From: Candidatus Bathyarchaeota archaeon | GTDB lineage: Archaea > Thermoproteota > Bathyarchaeia > Bathyarchaeales > Bathycorpusculaceae | NCBI GenBank assembly: GCA_963770845.1 | Contig: CAVYRC010000013.1 | Location: 51,628 to 115,627, forward strand | DNA length: 64,000 nt | Direction of reading: 5' to 3' | Shown: positions 23,522 to 35,360 of the stretch, one piece after another | Layout: each line of letters opens with the position of its first letter | Numbering within the stretch: the stretch's first letter is position 1 | Translations under genes and position numbers: made by a program | Notes under the pieces: generated by a model | What the model saw: only the letters and a program-made list of their open reading frames with translations | Database searches by the model: none | Told to the model about the DNA's origin: nothing

Positions 23522-24226
23522 CTATGTTTTCATTCTTCGTCTAACCGCAGGATTTTGCTCGGATAGCTTTTTCAAAGCCAGCTCAAAAGTTTCGTCCTGT
23601 AACAGCTCTTTTTTAACAAAAACTCCAGTTCTGCCTACTTCATCGCGCCTTAGCAAAGCATGAACTCTATCAAACACGGTCTCAGCTGCTACCCCCAAGA
23701 CTTTCGCTGCAAACTCTTCCTTACCAACAACACTACTCTCAACATGACCCTTTTCAGTTGGTTCGATGAGCATAAGCCGTTTATCCACCCCTGCGACACG
23801 AACATTCGCCTTGAGCTGTGCAAGATTCACTTCACCGCCAAACCGGTAAAATTCACGTTCCACGCGACGCATCTCCATTAATGGAAACGAGACTGTTTTG
23901 TTCTCGTCGATTTCAATGTGAGCTTTCATGGCGTAAGATGGAGTGGCTTGAACAATAAAACGAGAGTTGATGGGTATTTTGGCTTTTTCAAGAGCTGATT
24001 CAACAATGAAACTGCTTTGTACTTCAGGAATGAAAACGTCCACGTCGCTGCCCAATTTTACGTCTCCTCTAGCTATACTGCCATGCGTCAGCGACCTCAG
24101 ATGAAACGCTTCCAGCGCGTCCATAATCCAAACCGCCTTTTCCCGTAGCCCTTTTAGCTGTTGCCATCGTAAGCCAGTGTAGGTTACTTCTTTATGTTCT
24201 CCTTGTTTAGTTGGTCTAACAGCCAT
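23522..24226 (-). CDS. archaeal predicted nucleotidyltransferase (COG2413-like)
   Basis: HGSIARGDV..GSDVD, RVAGVDKRL, GRTGVF. Confidence 0.85.
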   Translation of the reverse strand: MAVRPTKQGEHKEVTYTGLRWQQLKGLREKAVWIMDALEAFHLRSLTHGSIARGDVKLGSDVDVFIPEVQSSFIVESALEKAKIPINSRFIVQATPSYAMKAHIEIDENKTVSFPLMEMRRVEREFYRFGGEVNLAQLKANVRVAGVDKRLMLIEPTEKGHVESSVVGKEEFAAKVLGVAAETVFDRVHALLRRDEVGRTGVFVKKELLQDETFELALKKLSEQNPAVRRRMKT

Positions 24227-24696
24227 GTTTACCCACTAAATCTATCCTTTAGTGCGACATTATTTATTTAGTTTAATTAACCAATTCTGGAACAAATACG
24301 CCAATTTTGCTATTTTGTTTTTCTGAAAATTTTATTCCGTCTATTTCAACGAAAAATTCCAAGTATCTAAAAAGACAAATGCAAACACATACTCATACAA
24401 AGGAAATTCCCTTCAAAGCATCTTGCTGATGCTTCTGCTCATCTCGGTTTAGATATTACTCTTAGCCAAAATAACAAAAGAAATAATTTACTTTGTCACC
24501 CTACAATTCAGTTTGTCTGTCACTGTCATACGTGTAAAACTAAAAAAAACAGTGAATAAGGACTTCAAAAGTCAAAAAGACACGACATATTTTTTAATTC
24601 AATTCTGAGGTATTCTGCATATTAACTATTGATTCATAATCCTTTACTACTCAATTCATGCAAATCTAATTGTACGTTTAAGGTGGATATCTGTTC

Positions 24697-26904
24697 ATGA
24701 AAATCCGTTGGAAAACACTGCTTATATTCGTAGTGATAGGATTGATCTTAATGACAGTTCTCTACCAGTTTTCTCAAAAAATAATGTTAGACGGCGTAGC
24801 AGAAACAGAGAGCAAAGAGGCTATATCGAACGCTCAAAGATTCATCACCAATTTGAACTTAGAACTGCAGGGCTTCAATTCAACAGTCAAAGACTGGGCA
24901 TCGTGGGACGACACATACCAATTCATTGAAAACAACAATACAGCCTATATAGATTCAAATCTGCCAGACCAGACATTTATTCATCTGGGACTAAACTTTA
25001 TGCTTTTCATAAATCAATCTCGACAATTAGTATTTGGCAAGGCATTCGACCTAGAAAATCAAACAGTCATTAACCTCCAAGATGCCCAAATAAGTCAGAT
25101 TGCAAACAACAATTTCCTTTATACAAACGATATTAGCCAAAGCGAGGGAGGACTTATTCTTTTCGAAGGAACTCCAACGCTTGTAATCTCACAGCCTATT
25201 CTAACAAGTGCCGGAGAGGGACCAGTTCGTGGAGCTCTCATTATGGGACGTTTTCTTGAAAAATCGGAGACTGATTCCCTAGAAGAAGCTGTAGGGTTAC
25301 CCTTTGAAATATTTGCTATAGGCAGTTCTCAGATGCCTGCGGATTTTCAAATAGCAAGCAAGAGTCTATCATTCAAAGAGCCAGTCTTTGCTCATGTCAC
25401 AAACGAAACTAATATAGCAGGCTACGTTTTGCTCCAGGATGTAAGCGGCACACCAATTGTCATAACAAGAGTCGATACTTATAGGTCCGCTTACTTGCAG
25501 GCAAAAAATAGTCTCAATTATCTTATTGTCTCATTTGCTGTTCTAGGAATTGCCATTTTTGCGGCCACTGCCTTTTCGATGGATAAAATAGTGCTTTCAA
25601 GAGTGAGCCGACTTACCAATGATGTAACCAAAATAGACCCTAAGAGTGAGCAGCGGGATTATGTATATGTTAAAGGAACTGATGAATTATCGAATTTGGG
25701 CTGCAAAATTAATGGCATGATTACTACGATACAGGATTCTCGTGATGAACTTAAGAAATATGCAGAAAGCCTTGAAAGGAAAGTTGAAGAAAGAACTTTA
25801 GAATTGAAGAAAGAATCAAGAGAAGCTCAAAAGCATATTCGCTGCTTCTCCAGATACCATTTTAGCAGTTGACCTCCAAAATAAATATAACGGAATGCAA
25901 CAAGCAAATGTACGAATCTTCTGGTTATTCTCGCGACGACCTTATTGGAAAATCAGCGTCCTCATTTCTGTCTGAAGCTGATTACAAGAGAATCTTGAAG
26001 AGGGTTGAGGAAATCAACGAAAACAGGTCAGCTATTCATGTTGAGTGTAGCATCATTAAGAAGGATATGTCTGTATATCCCGCTGAGTTGACTATAGGTT
26101 CTCTGCGGGATTCTCAAGATGTTCCATTCGGTTATGTGGTGATGATTCGAGATTTAACTGAGAAGAAAGAAATAGAGCAGAAGCTGTTCTAATGCGGAAA
26201 GATTAGCTGCCATCGGGGAGTTGGCAGGAATGGTTGGTCATGACTTACGTAATCCGTTAGCCGCTATCAAAAACGCTGTCTATCTCTTAAAAAAGAAAGG
26301 GGCTGCACTCTCAGAAGACCAAACTAAGACTTGGCTTGAAATAATTGAGAAGGGAATTGACCATTCTGACAAAATCATCAACGACCTCTTAGACTATGCT
26401 AGGAATGTGCATTTAGAACTGGAAGTGACATCAGTTAGGGATGTTCTGATAAATGCCCTGGCAATGGTAAAAATCCCGGAAAATGTTAAGGTCATAAACG
26501 CTATTTCAGAAGAGTTCACCTTAAGAATCGACAAGAATAAAATCGAACGCGTCTTCATCAACCTTGTCAAGAACTCAATAGATGCTATGCCAAACGGAGG
26601 CACCATCACGTTATCCTGCATCCAAAAAGCTGGCAGCGTTGAAATTACTTTCGCAGATACTGGCACAGGCATACCGGAAGAAATCATGCCAAAGATTTTC
26701 TCTCCTCTTTTCACTACGAAGGCACAAGGCATGGGTTTCGGCTTATCCATATGCAAACGCATGGTTGAGGCACATGGAGGAACAATAACGGTTGAAACTG
26801 AGAAAGGCAAAGGTACAGTATTCAAGATTACTTTCCCGATTAAAACTAAACAGATACCTGAAACAGGCCTCTTTAATGCTCAGTTCTCAGAATTAATTAT
26901 ATGA
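24697..26904 (+). CDS. CHASE4-HAMP-PAS sensor histidine kinase (two frameshifts)
   Basis: DWASWDDTY (CHASE4), DELSNL (HAMP), PAS, HDLRNPL, DTGTGI, GMGFGL. Confidence 0.9.
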
Positions 26905-27075
26905 GCAACATATTCTACTTGCTGCTCAATCTGATTCAGAAAACACAAGTTTTAGGATATTAGACGCCCTACTTTGTCAGAGGCAGAAAAAAGAAAGATG
27001 TGTCGGAGAATGAGATATCTCCAACTAAACCTTCATTTAGTATAATTAACCAATCAAAGCATCGAAGGAAAACCG

Positions 27076-28020
27076 ATGGATACCCATCTCTGCAACGCCT
27101 GCAAAACCCGCGAAGCCTTCTTCTATAGGCAATATTCAGGAGAACGACTCTGCAAGCGCTGCTTCACCGAATCCATCGAAGCAAAAGTGCGACAAACCAT
27201 CACGCGTTACCACATGCTAAACTTTGATGACCATCTGGCGGTTGCGGTTTCAGGCGGCAAAGACAGCCTCAGTATCCTGCATATTTTAGCCAAACTGAAG
27301 CGTTCACGACCAAAAACCACCCTTACCGCAGTAACAGTGGATGAAGGGATCAAAGGCTATCGTGACGAAGCCCTGGAAATCGCAGCCAAAAACTGCAAAC
27401 AATTAGAAATTCCACATCATATAGTCTCATTCAAGGAACTCTATGGTTTCACGCTAGACGAAATGATTTGTGGGGTACGCGAAAAAGGACATACCGCATT
27501 GACAGCTTGTGCATACTGTGGTGTCCTACGCCGAAAAGCAATCAACACTGGCGCAAGACAGGTAAAAGCAACCAAAATCGCCACGGGACACACCCTTGAC
27601 GATGAAGTACAGACTATTCTTATGAACATTTTACGTGGAGACATCGCACGGTTAGCTAAGGAAAAACCCGTAACCACCGAAGTACACCCCTTGTTTGTGC
27701 AAAAAATTAAGCCGTTCTGTGAAATCCCAGAAAAAGAAAGCGCCCTCTACGCTTACATTAAGAAAATCGCGTTTCAAGACACTCCATGTCCCTATGCTTC
27801 CGAAGCGTTGCGTAATGATGTCCGGGGAATGCTCAATCGCATGGAGGAGAAGCATGCTGGAACCAAGTTCACCGTTTCCAAAGCCCTTGAACGTTTGCGT
27901 CCTGCACTCGAAGAAACTGCAGCGAAAGAGGCTGAGGATTTTAAGACCTGCGTCGAGTGTGGTGAGCCATCAGCGTTGGATTTATGCAAGGCATGCGAGT
28001 TGCTGCGGCAGTTGCGTTAA
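27076..28020 (+). CDS. tRNA 2-thiolation protein TtuA/Ncs6 family (TIGR00269-like)
   Basis: N- and C-terminal Zn fingers, SGGKDS PP-loop, CAYCGVLRR, GHTLDD, CPY. Confidence 0.92.
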   Translation: MDTHLCNACKTREAFFYRQYSGERLCKRCFTESIEAKVRQTITRYHMLNFDDHLAVAVSGGKDSLSILHILAKLKRSRPKTTLTAVTVDEGIKGYRDEALEIAAKNCKQLEIPHHIVSFKELYGFTLDEMICGVREKGHTALTACAYCGVLRRKAINTGARQVKATKIATGHTLDDEVQTILMNILRGDIARLAKEKPVTTEVHPLFVQKIKPFCEIPEKESALYAYIKKIAFQDTPCPYASEALRNDVRGMLNRMEEKHAGTKFTVSKALERLRPALEETAAKEAEDFKTCVECGEPSALDLCKACELLRQLR

Positions 28021-28226
28021 GGTTTTTTGCGGTTGATTTTCTGGTCGCTTTTAAGTTTACGCAGCATTTCTGATGCTTCAAAAGCGGTGTTTGCGGATGC
28101 TACTCTTTGAGCTTTTTGGAGATTAACATTTGTGCCGCAGTAGGGGCAAATCTTTGTTTTCTGCCCGAAATTACAAAGCATTAAACCACCGCATTTTGTA
28201 CATTTCACGATTTGCGTTACGCCCAT
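28017..28226 (-). CDS. DUF1922-like Zn-ribbon protein
   Basis: CTKCG...KTKICPYCG. Confidence 0.75.
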   Translation of the reverse strand: MGVTQIVKCTKCGGLMLCNFGQKTKICPYCGTNVNLQKAQRVASANTAFEASEMLRKLKSDQKINRKKP

Positions 28227-28335
28227 TTTGGAGGTTACTTCCGAAAGCCTTTTCACCAAACAGGTTGATAACAGTTTGGTAGGGAACAGAGAGCGTTATG
28301 AGCGTGGATAAAGAAACGGTTAAAACTAGGTCCAT

Positions 28336-28659
28336 ATGACGGATTTAGCGGTTGCATACTTCAAGAAGGAAGGTTATAAGGTCAACAGCAAAGATGTTAA
28401 ACTGGAAGGACACAGTGGCGTATCAAGGCATTTTGACTTGATTGTACAGAAAGGTAGGCTCGAGCAGGGTGTTTGGGTAAGAGATTGGAACCGCACAATT
28501 GGCGTCAACGTAATCATTAATCTGGATACTTCTTCTGAAGATGTAGACCTGTCAAGTCCAATCATGATTGGCGAAAAATTTAGTGACCACGCCAAATCTT
28601 ATAGTAACAGACGGAAAATCACGCTTTTAACCAAGCAAAAAATCGGCAGCTTCCGATAG
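28336..28659 (+). CDS. small PD-(D/E)xK / Mrr-like fold protein
   Basis: LEGHSGVSRHFDLIV and FS..AK.Y.....I.LL patterns typical of archaeal Mrr-like domains. Confidence 0.6.
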   Translation: MTDLAVAYFKKEGYKVNSKDVKLEGHSGVSRHFDLIVQKGRLEQGVWVRDWNRTIGVNVIINLDTSSEDVDLSSPIMIGEKFSDHAKSYSNRRKITLLTKQKIGSFR

Positions 28660-28660
28660 C

Positions 28661-29242
28661 TTACTCTTTCAGGTACTGGTCTGTTAATCCTTCGCGTTCA
28701 AGCATACCGAGCCAATCCACAATACCAGCATGGCATTTCTTGCCTTTATCCAAAACATCAAGGATTTCAGCTACATCCTCATCCACAGTTTTCCCAGTCA
28801 CATCCAATTCACAAACCTTACCACTCTGCGTCTGCATGGCTTCAACGAGGCAAGAATCAAGGATTTCTGCAGACAGATTCTCGTAGAGTTTGGCATCGCT
28901 AAAACCACATTTCTGCATGAATTCTTTGAGTTCCTTGGGGTTTCGTCGCAAAACGATGACGTTAGTGACTTGGCTGTTTGGAGTGACTGCGGCTGCGTAG
29001 TGTCCATCGACTATAATGTTGTCGTTGGTTGAGGTTTCTATGGTTTCTTTGAGTTTTTGCTGCATTGCTTCTTCGTCTATTATTATAGTTTGGCGTTCTG
29101 TGTCTTCGCCCAATATTAGGTTGTAGGTTATCGCAAAATCTGTCAGGTTAATATATTGAGCATCTAGTTTGGCGACAAGTTGTTTTGCAGTGGAGGTTTT
29201 TCCAACACATGGAGTGCCCGTGATGAGAATGACGCGTTTCAT
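28661..29242 (-). CDS. adenylate kinase AK6/Fap7 family
   Basis: ITGTPCVGKTS, IIVDGHY, ENLSAEILD. Confidence 0.9.
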   Translation of the reverse strand: MKRVILITGTPCVGKTSTAKQLVAKLDAQYINLTDFAITYNLILGEDTERQTIIIDEEAMQQKLKETIETSTNDNIIVDGHYAAAVTPNSQVTNVIVLRRNPKELKEFMQKCGFSDAKLYENLSAEILDSCLVEAMQTQSGKVCELDVTGKTVDEDVAEILDVLDKGKKCHAGIVDWLGMLEREGLTDQYLKE

Positions 29243-29477
29243 GGAAGAACCTTTGTTTGGCACGTAAATATTGGTTTTGGCTCGGATGCCCAGACACCCC
29301 CCTTCAACCCCAATTTTTTTTCTAAATCTCATCTATATAATCAAATTAGTTCTATGTTGGTAACTTCAAGGACTCTCCTTGCCAATTATCTACCTCGCGC
29401 GCGAAAAGGCTGGATAAAACTTGGACTCCTTAACTTTTTGAGGGTATGTTTATTGGTTGCGACCACTCAATTGGCGT

Positions 29478-29791
29478 GGGCTGGCGAGTTGGTGTGTGGC
29501 TGTCGGACCCAAATTAGGGTCTGAGGAAACTCCGCCCACATGTAGAATTGCAGTACCCTCAGGGTACAAGGCGAGAGCCTTGGCAACGGAGCAGAAACGA
29601 AACGTCCACCCGGACTTGGCTATGAGACATTTGTGATGTCGAGTGCGCCGGAGTGGAAGCGGTGAAACGGCCGTCCTGCAAGTGGAAAGGGCAAACAGTC
29701 GCCGATGAAGAATCTACCGGAAGGCGCGGGTAGCCCGATTAGCCGAATGCCACAGATAACAGAAGGCGGGTTACGACCAACACACCAGCCC
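29478..29791 (+). ncRNA. rnpB: RNase P RNA (archaeal, probably type A)
   Basis: GAGGAAACTCC (CR-I), GCAGAAAC, TGAAACGG, AACAGAAGGCGGGTTA (CR-V), terminal GGGCTGG/CCAGCCC pairing, GC-rich intergenic. Confidence 0.95.
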
Positions 29792-29973
29792 AATTCGTTA
29801 ATAAAACTCTTATGATTATACTCCTCGTAACCGAGGTCTCTATCTTGAACATCTTCTAATAAGCAAAAATGGAATCCTCTGTTGACACAGCACACCACAA
29901 TTAGGTATAGTCGCGAAATCTTGACGAAAACACTTTTTAATGCTTCCCGAACCAATTGAACTTAGATATAAAA

Positions 29974-30444
29974 ATGTCTTTAAATCCCTCAAGAAAGGTC
30001 ACCCTGTTGCTAGGTTTGTTGGTTATTCTCATAATGTTCATTGGGTATGTCGCATACATAGAAATCAATAACAATACCTCCTCAACACCTGCTCCAACAG
30101 AAAAACCCACCAACTCATCCAGTACCCCGTTAGTAACTGATTACTCGATAATTATTCCAGAAATATATCATGTGGGCTTTGGTGTAGCTGAAATAAACAT
30201 AAAGTTCATCGCGCCATCGCCACTTCAAAACATACAGACTCAAACAGATTTTTCCGCTACTAAATTACCCATTACACTATCAACGAATCTAAACAATACA
30301 ACCAACTCAATTCTTCCAGCTATCGTTAACGGAACCACAATTAGCATTAAAGTTGATGTCTATTGGTATACAATGAGTACGGATAATCCAAGGGAACTTG
30401 TTGCTTCTCAGGAATGGAATGAAACAAAATACGTTTACATGTGA
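29974..30444 (+). CDS. hypothetical single-TM exported protein
   Basis: N-terminal TM, Ser/Thr/Pro linker, NxT/S sequons. Confidence 0.65.
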   Translation: MSLNPSRKVTLLLGLLVILIMFIGYVAYIEINNNTSSTPAPTEKPTNSSSTPLVTDYSIIIPEIYHVGFGVAEINIKFIAPSPLQNIQTQTDFSATKLPITLSTNLNNTTNSILPAIVNGTTISIKVDVYWYTMSTDNPRELVASQEWNETKYVYM

Positions 30445-30667
30445 TAACTTGTCTATTTGTTCTGACTTCTTCTAAAACCTTATAACTAGACAACAACAAA
30501 TAGGACCTCTCAGGGATTAGATGGATTAGATATGAGTGAATGTAAGTAAAAAATTACTGATCCCAATGGCGAGTTACATCCAACATATCGGCCCACTACA
30601 ATGCTTTCTTTTGTAAAGAAAGCTTTTAAAGAAAATAGAGCATAACTCACGAACAAAGGCACTGAAG

Positions 30668-31505
30668 ATGAAACGCCGCATATACTTATTTTTAATTTTT
30701 CTAATTTGCGGCATTAGCTTACCTTCTCTTTCAGGCTTGCTAGTTTTCCCTTTTTCAATGGTGCCCGCTAAATTAACGCTTGTATACGCGTTAATACTTT
30801 CATCTATTTTTTTATTGGTTACAATTTTTTTGCGCACCCGCAAATCAGTGAAATGTTATTGGCAAATCTTCTTTGCGTTTTTCATAGCTTCTTTAGCTTT
30901 GTTTATCGACTTCCTCATAAACATGCCATCAGATACAATGAACACTCTAGTTTTAGACATGTTGGTTAGTGCTTCAATAATTGTAAGCACGATAATTTTA
31001 TTGACTCGAATTTCTGGTAATTCTTTTGGCTCGATTTTCCTAAAGAAAGGAAACATAAAGTTAGGACTGATATTTGGACTCACAGGCTTTTTCTTCTTTG
31101 CATTAACTTCTATTCCAGCGGCACAGTATTTGTTTCAAGCTCAAAACATAAGCTTAGACAAAGTAATTGCTTGGATGCCTTGGATAATGCCTATTGTGCT
31201 GCTAAATGGAGTTAGAGAAGAATTATTGTATAGAGGGCTTTTCCTGAAAAAACTTCAGCCTAAGCTCGGGTTAAAAACTTCTAATCTTTTGCAGGCAATA
31301 ATCTTCTCTCTGAGTCACTCAGTAGCTGGAGTAGGACTTAATGCTTATACGCCTTTTATTTGGATTCTTGTAATCTTTACATTCTCTCTTGGGCTTGCTT
31401 GGGGCTACATCATGCAACGCACAGATAGCATATCTAGGCTCAACTCTGTTTCACGCTGGAACAGATATTCCTGTTTTCATAGGAATTTTCTCAAATACCT
31501 TCTGA
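30668..31505 (+). CDS. CPBP/Abi (CAAX-type) intramembrane metalloprotease (frameshift near 31430)
   Basis: EELLYRG, FSLSH, shifted-frame STLFHAGTD. Confidence 0.88.
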
Positions 31506-31542
31506 CTGGAAAAACATGAAGTGCTCATTAGAGTAAGGCTAA

Positions 31543-31857
31543 CTATGGACTGAAATTTACGGTGTCAATTCTGTGATGTTCTACTTCGGGTTGCTTTTCA
31601 AAAAAAGGCTCTACTTTGTCCATTGTGGATGAAAACAACTCTCGAGATTCTAGAAAGGACTTATTATCCTCCCACATAGTCAAGATTATTGCAACGTCGT
31701 CATCGTCGCATGAAAACATCGAAACATACCCTCGATACCCTTTTGCGTTTCGCACAAGTTTGTTTAGTATAAGGTCTAACTCGGCAAAGCCTTCTTCACG
31801 TTTTCCAGATTTAAAGAAAAACTTTGCTATTCTTGCGACAACCAACTTACACACCAA
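31543..31857 (-). CDS. ABM-like dimeric alpha/beta barrel protein
   Basis: KSGKREE...GYRG...ILTMWED. Confidence 0.7.
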   Translation of the reverse strand: MVCKLVVARIAKFFFKSGKREEGFAELDLILNKLVRNAKGYRGYVSMFSCDDDDVAIILTMWEDNKSFLESRELFSSTMDKVEPFFEKQPEVEHHRIDTVNFSP

Positions 31858-32170
31858 AATAAGATTATTTTTTTAGGATTTAACCTTTTACAAGTCTTTA
31901 GTTAACCTTGATAAATCTCCGCTTCGAGTCGCTCTGCTTCCTCTTTGCCGAACGAATTCACTAGGAGCTGAACGCTAAACTCTGTCTTGCAACAACTTAT
32001 TTTAAAAAGATTTACTGTGAAAAGCGTTTGACCAACAAATCCAACTTCCTTAATTTAAGGGACACACGGAGACTTAAAGCTAAGTTTTGAGAAAACGAGG
32101 TTTTAAACATATAAAGCTTGATTTGACGGTTAAAAGGGAAAATAAATGCGTTTAGAAGTGTCCGAGTACG

Positions 32171-32464
32171 TTATTCTCGGCATTCTGAAATTTCTGGGTG
32201 TCTGCTTAATTCATCAATAGACTTGTTTAGCAGTATGTTGTCTCCAGTTTGAGCAACCAATGACATAGGCAAGCATACGGTTGAGCTTCTGAATCTTTTT
32301 TTGAATCCAAGGTCTTCAGATGCTGGTTTTGACAACTTGACATGTAAATGGGTAACATTCCAATTCGTAGTGTTTATTTCTATCCCGTTAACATTTCCGA
32401 GGTCAAAACCGCCTGCACAAATAACATACATTCCAGTAAGTTTTTCAAAGGTCACCAAAATCAA
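32171..32464 (-). CDS. PRC-barrel domain protein
   Basis: L.GMYVI...G..LG.V..IEI....W.VTHL...GDNILL. Confidence 0.8.
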   Translation of the reverse strand: MILVTFEKLTGMYVICAGGFDLGNVNGIEINTTNWNVTHLHVKLSKPASEDLGFKKRFRSSTVCLPMSLVAQTGDNILLNKSIDELSRHPEISECRE

Positions 32465-32631
32465 TCGCCATTTTTTGTATAAGCAAAATCATGAATATAA
32501 TTCTTTCCATAATTACAACTCGGCCTCTAAAAATTTTAAATAATCTTTAAAATCAAGTTTATACAGTATGGAAACTGTTATAATCGTATATGCCACTATA
32601 CTATTATCAAAAAAAAAGGATGAAAAACAAA

Positions 32632-32763
32632 ATGCCAAAATTAACATTCACCGTGAGCCATGAAAACGACACACGGTTAAGAGAAAAAAATCGCCATAAA
32701 GGCGACATATCATGCATAATAAACGACGCATTAGACCAATACTTCAAGAAGACAGAACAATGA
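32632..32763 (+). CDS. ribbon-helix-helix (CopG-like) microprotein
   Basis: Hand translation MPKLTFTVSHENDTRLREKNRHKGDISCIINDALDQYFKKTEQ; beta strand followed by S.II..AL..Y helix; alternative ATG at 32620. Confidence 0.7.
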   Translation: MPKLTFTVSHENDTRLREKNRHKGDISCIINDALDQYFKKTEQ

Positions 32764-33145
32764 CAACAGAAATAGGAATAACAACACGGTCCAATAAATT
32801 ACTAAGCCCTAAGACAGGGCTCTTAAGGGCAACTGATACCTAGCGAACAGATGACCCGCTTTAAACTGTACACTCCCACACTCTTCCCTCCGCGAAGTAG
32901 GTTTTTGTCGCCACGTAACCATTGGGTTCCAAAAATCAACAACGCATTGTATTGACAAACTATGGTCCTTTTATAAAAAAATGTAATTTGGAAATGTTGA
33001 ATCTCGGCACTTTTTTTAAAATAAATGTATTATCTGAATTGTGGATTCAATATCTTTAATACTGTATTCAAGGCCCATAATATCCTTTAATGAGGGTTGA
33101 CTGTGTCTGATTCAAATACTTCTCTCTTTCGCCTCAGTCAAGAAT

Positions 33146-34590
33146 ATGACTGCCGAGTTAAGGGAAAGTGAAGAGAAGTATCGTTCATTGTTTGACAACA
33201 TGCTGGATGGTTTTGCATATTGCAAAATGGAATTTGATAAAGCTGGCAACACCTGTTGATTTTGTCTATCTAGAAGTCAACGATGCTTTTGAGAAGCTAA
33301 CAGGGCTAAAAAGGCAAATCGTTGTTGGTCGAAATGTTACTGAGGCAATTCCAGGTATCAAAGAAACTAACCCAGAATTATTTGACATCTACGGTAAAGT
33401 TTCTAAGACAGGTAAGGCAGAAAGGTTCGAAGTTTTTCTTGGCCCTCTAAAAATCTGGCTTTCTATTCTTGCATATAGTCCAAAAAAAGGCTATTTTGCA
33501 GCAGTGTTTGAGAATATAACTCAGCGCAAACTAACTGAAACTGCTTTGATTGAGAGTCAACAGAAGTTTAGTGCTTTGTTTGATGCGAATCCTGAGGCAG
33601 CGGTTTTCTATGATGCAAATTTTCGTGTAATTGAGGCTAATCATCGGTTTAGCAAGCTATTTGGGTATTCGCTTGATGAAATCAAAGGAAAAGATATCAT
33701 AGAACTCATTGTTCCTGATGATGCAAAAGAAGAAACGAAGACTATCCGTGAGAGAATCAAATCTGGTTTGGTAGAAATTGTTACTACTCGGAAAAGGAAA
33801 GACGGAATTGAAATTCCACTATTGTTAACTGGAAGTCAAGTGTGTTTAGGTGATGAAGTAATCGGTTCTATGTTTGTTTTCAAGGATATCGGTGAAATAA
33901 TTACTGTGCAAGAAGAACTAAGTCAAGCGCTATCATAAATCGCAACTGCTTAATGAGAAATTAGCCGTTGTCGGCAGTTTGACTAGGCACGATGTCAGAA
34001 ATAAACTGTCAACAATCACTAATTATTCTTATATTTTGAAAAAGAAGTACGCTGATAGACCTGATATTGTTGATTGTTTAGGTAAAATGGAACAGTCTGT
34101 TAAGGATTCCGTGAAGATATTTGATTTCGCTAAAGTTTATGAGCAGTTGGGCGTTGAGACACTTGTTAATGTTGATGTGGAGAAGACTGTTAATGACGCT
34201 GTTGAGATGTTTTCTGATTTACCCTTCAAAGTGGTTAATGAATGCCATGGCTTAAATGTTCGAGCCGATTCTCTGCTAAGACAGCTCATCTATAACTTTA
34301 TTGACAACACAAGAAAATATGGCCAAAAAACAACAACTGTTAAGGTAAGCTACCAAAAGACAGCTCAAAGTGGTTTGCAGCTGACCTACGAAGACGATGG
34401 TGTAGGTATATCCTTAGAAAATAAACAACAAATCTTCAAACAAGGATTTAGTACTGGAGGCAGCACAGGCTTTGGATTATTTTTGTCCAAGAAGATGCTG
34501 GAAGTCTACGGTTGGACAATAACTGAAGAAGGTAAACCCGGAGAAGGAGCAAAATTCGTAATAACGATTCCGATGCCTCAATCGATGTAG
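33146..34590 (+). CDS. cytoplasmic PAS-PAS sensor histidine kinase (frameshifted)
   Basis: LRESEEKYRSLF, two PAS domains, RHDVRNKL, YEDDGVGI, GSTGFGL. Confidence 0.85.
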
Positions 34591-34684
34591 TCAAACCTAC
34601 CTTCAAACAGAATGGAAAGGTATGGATTAGACATAATCAAGTAATTCTTGTTTTCTTCACGCGAGGCTCTCTATTCTTAATTTT

Positions 34685-34846
34685 TTGATCGCTTTAAAAG
34701 AAGATCAAAGGTTAGTAGAGTTAAGGAAGATCAGGGAAGCTGTTGAGAAAGCGCCTTCGACAACACCGCCAAAAGCTCTATGGACTGAATTCAAGGACTT
34801 CCTGTCAAAATACAAGCTTTTAGGGCTTGCTGTCGTGTTAATATAG
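34685..34846 (+). pseudogene. mscL: truncated large-conductance mechanosensitive channel N-terminus
   Basis: ELRKIREAVEK...LWTEFKDFLSKYKLLGLAVVLI* resembles MscL S1 helix plus start of TM1, then stops. Confidence 0.6.
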
Positions 34847-35021
34847 CAATACAGAAATGCTTGACTGCCGTATTGTTTATTGAGATGGATTTTGTGGTTT
34901 ATCGTAGATATTTTGATTCTCCTAATTGTGGGGGCTGTATGTATAAAGCAAGCAGTTACTGTTGGGGGCAATGTTCGTTTAATATTTGGAAAAAAGATAG
35001 AGAATACTGAGGCTTTTAGAG

Positions 35022-35360
35022 TTGGATTCGGTTTTGGAAAAGACTTACAGGCTTATCGTTAGAGTGGTTGGCTCTCAAAGAAATAAACCAATCCCGGATG
35101 TTAACGTTAAGGTTTTTAGAGTAGAAAAAGGACCAATAACGCCCAAACAATGGACTGAAAATCTCAGAAATGGAACTCCATTTAAAACGTTGATAATCTC
35201 AATGAGTACCTATAGTGATGGTACCGTAACAGTTGAGCTTCCAGAGGGTGTTTATGAAGCTAAAGTCGAAGGATACGGTTTAAATCAGGTTTGCGAATTA
35301 ACTCAAAATCTTGAAATTCTTTTTATTGAACCGAAAAAACATTGGTGGCAAAAATCTTAA
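35022..35360 (+). CDS. hypothetical protein, carboxypeptidase-regulatory-like beta sandwich
   Basis: KPIPDVNVKV...T..DG.....LPEGVYE..VEGYG. Confidence 0.6.
   Translation: MDSVLEKTYRLIVRVVGSQRNKPIPDVNVKVFRVEKGPITPKQWTENLRNGTPFKTLIISMSTYSDGTVTVELPEGVYEAKVEGYGLNQVCELTQNLEILFIEPKKHWWQKS

Noticed and set aside
29180-29955. ORFs 29180-29524 and 29620-29955
   Set aside because: Shadow frames over adenylate kinase and RNase P RNA.
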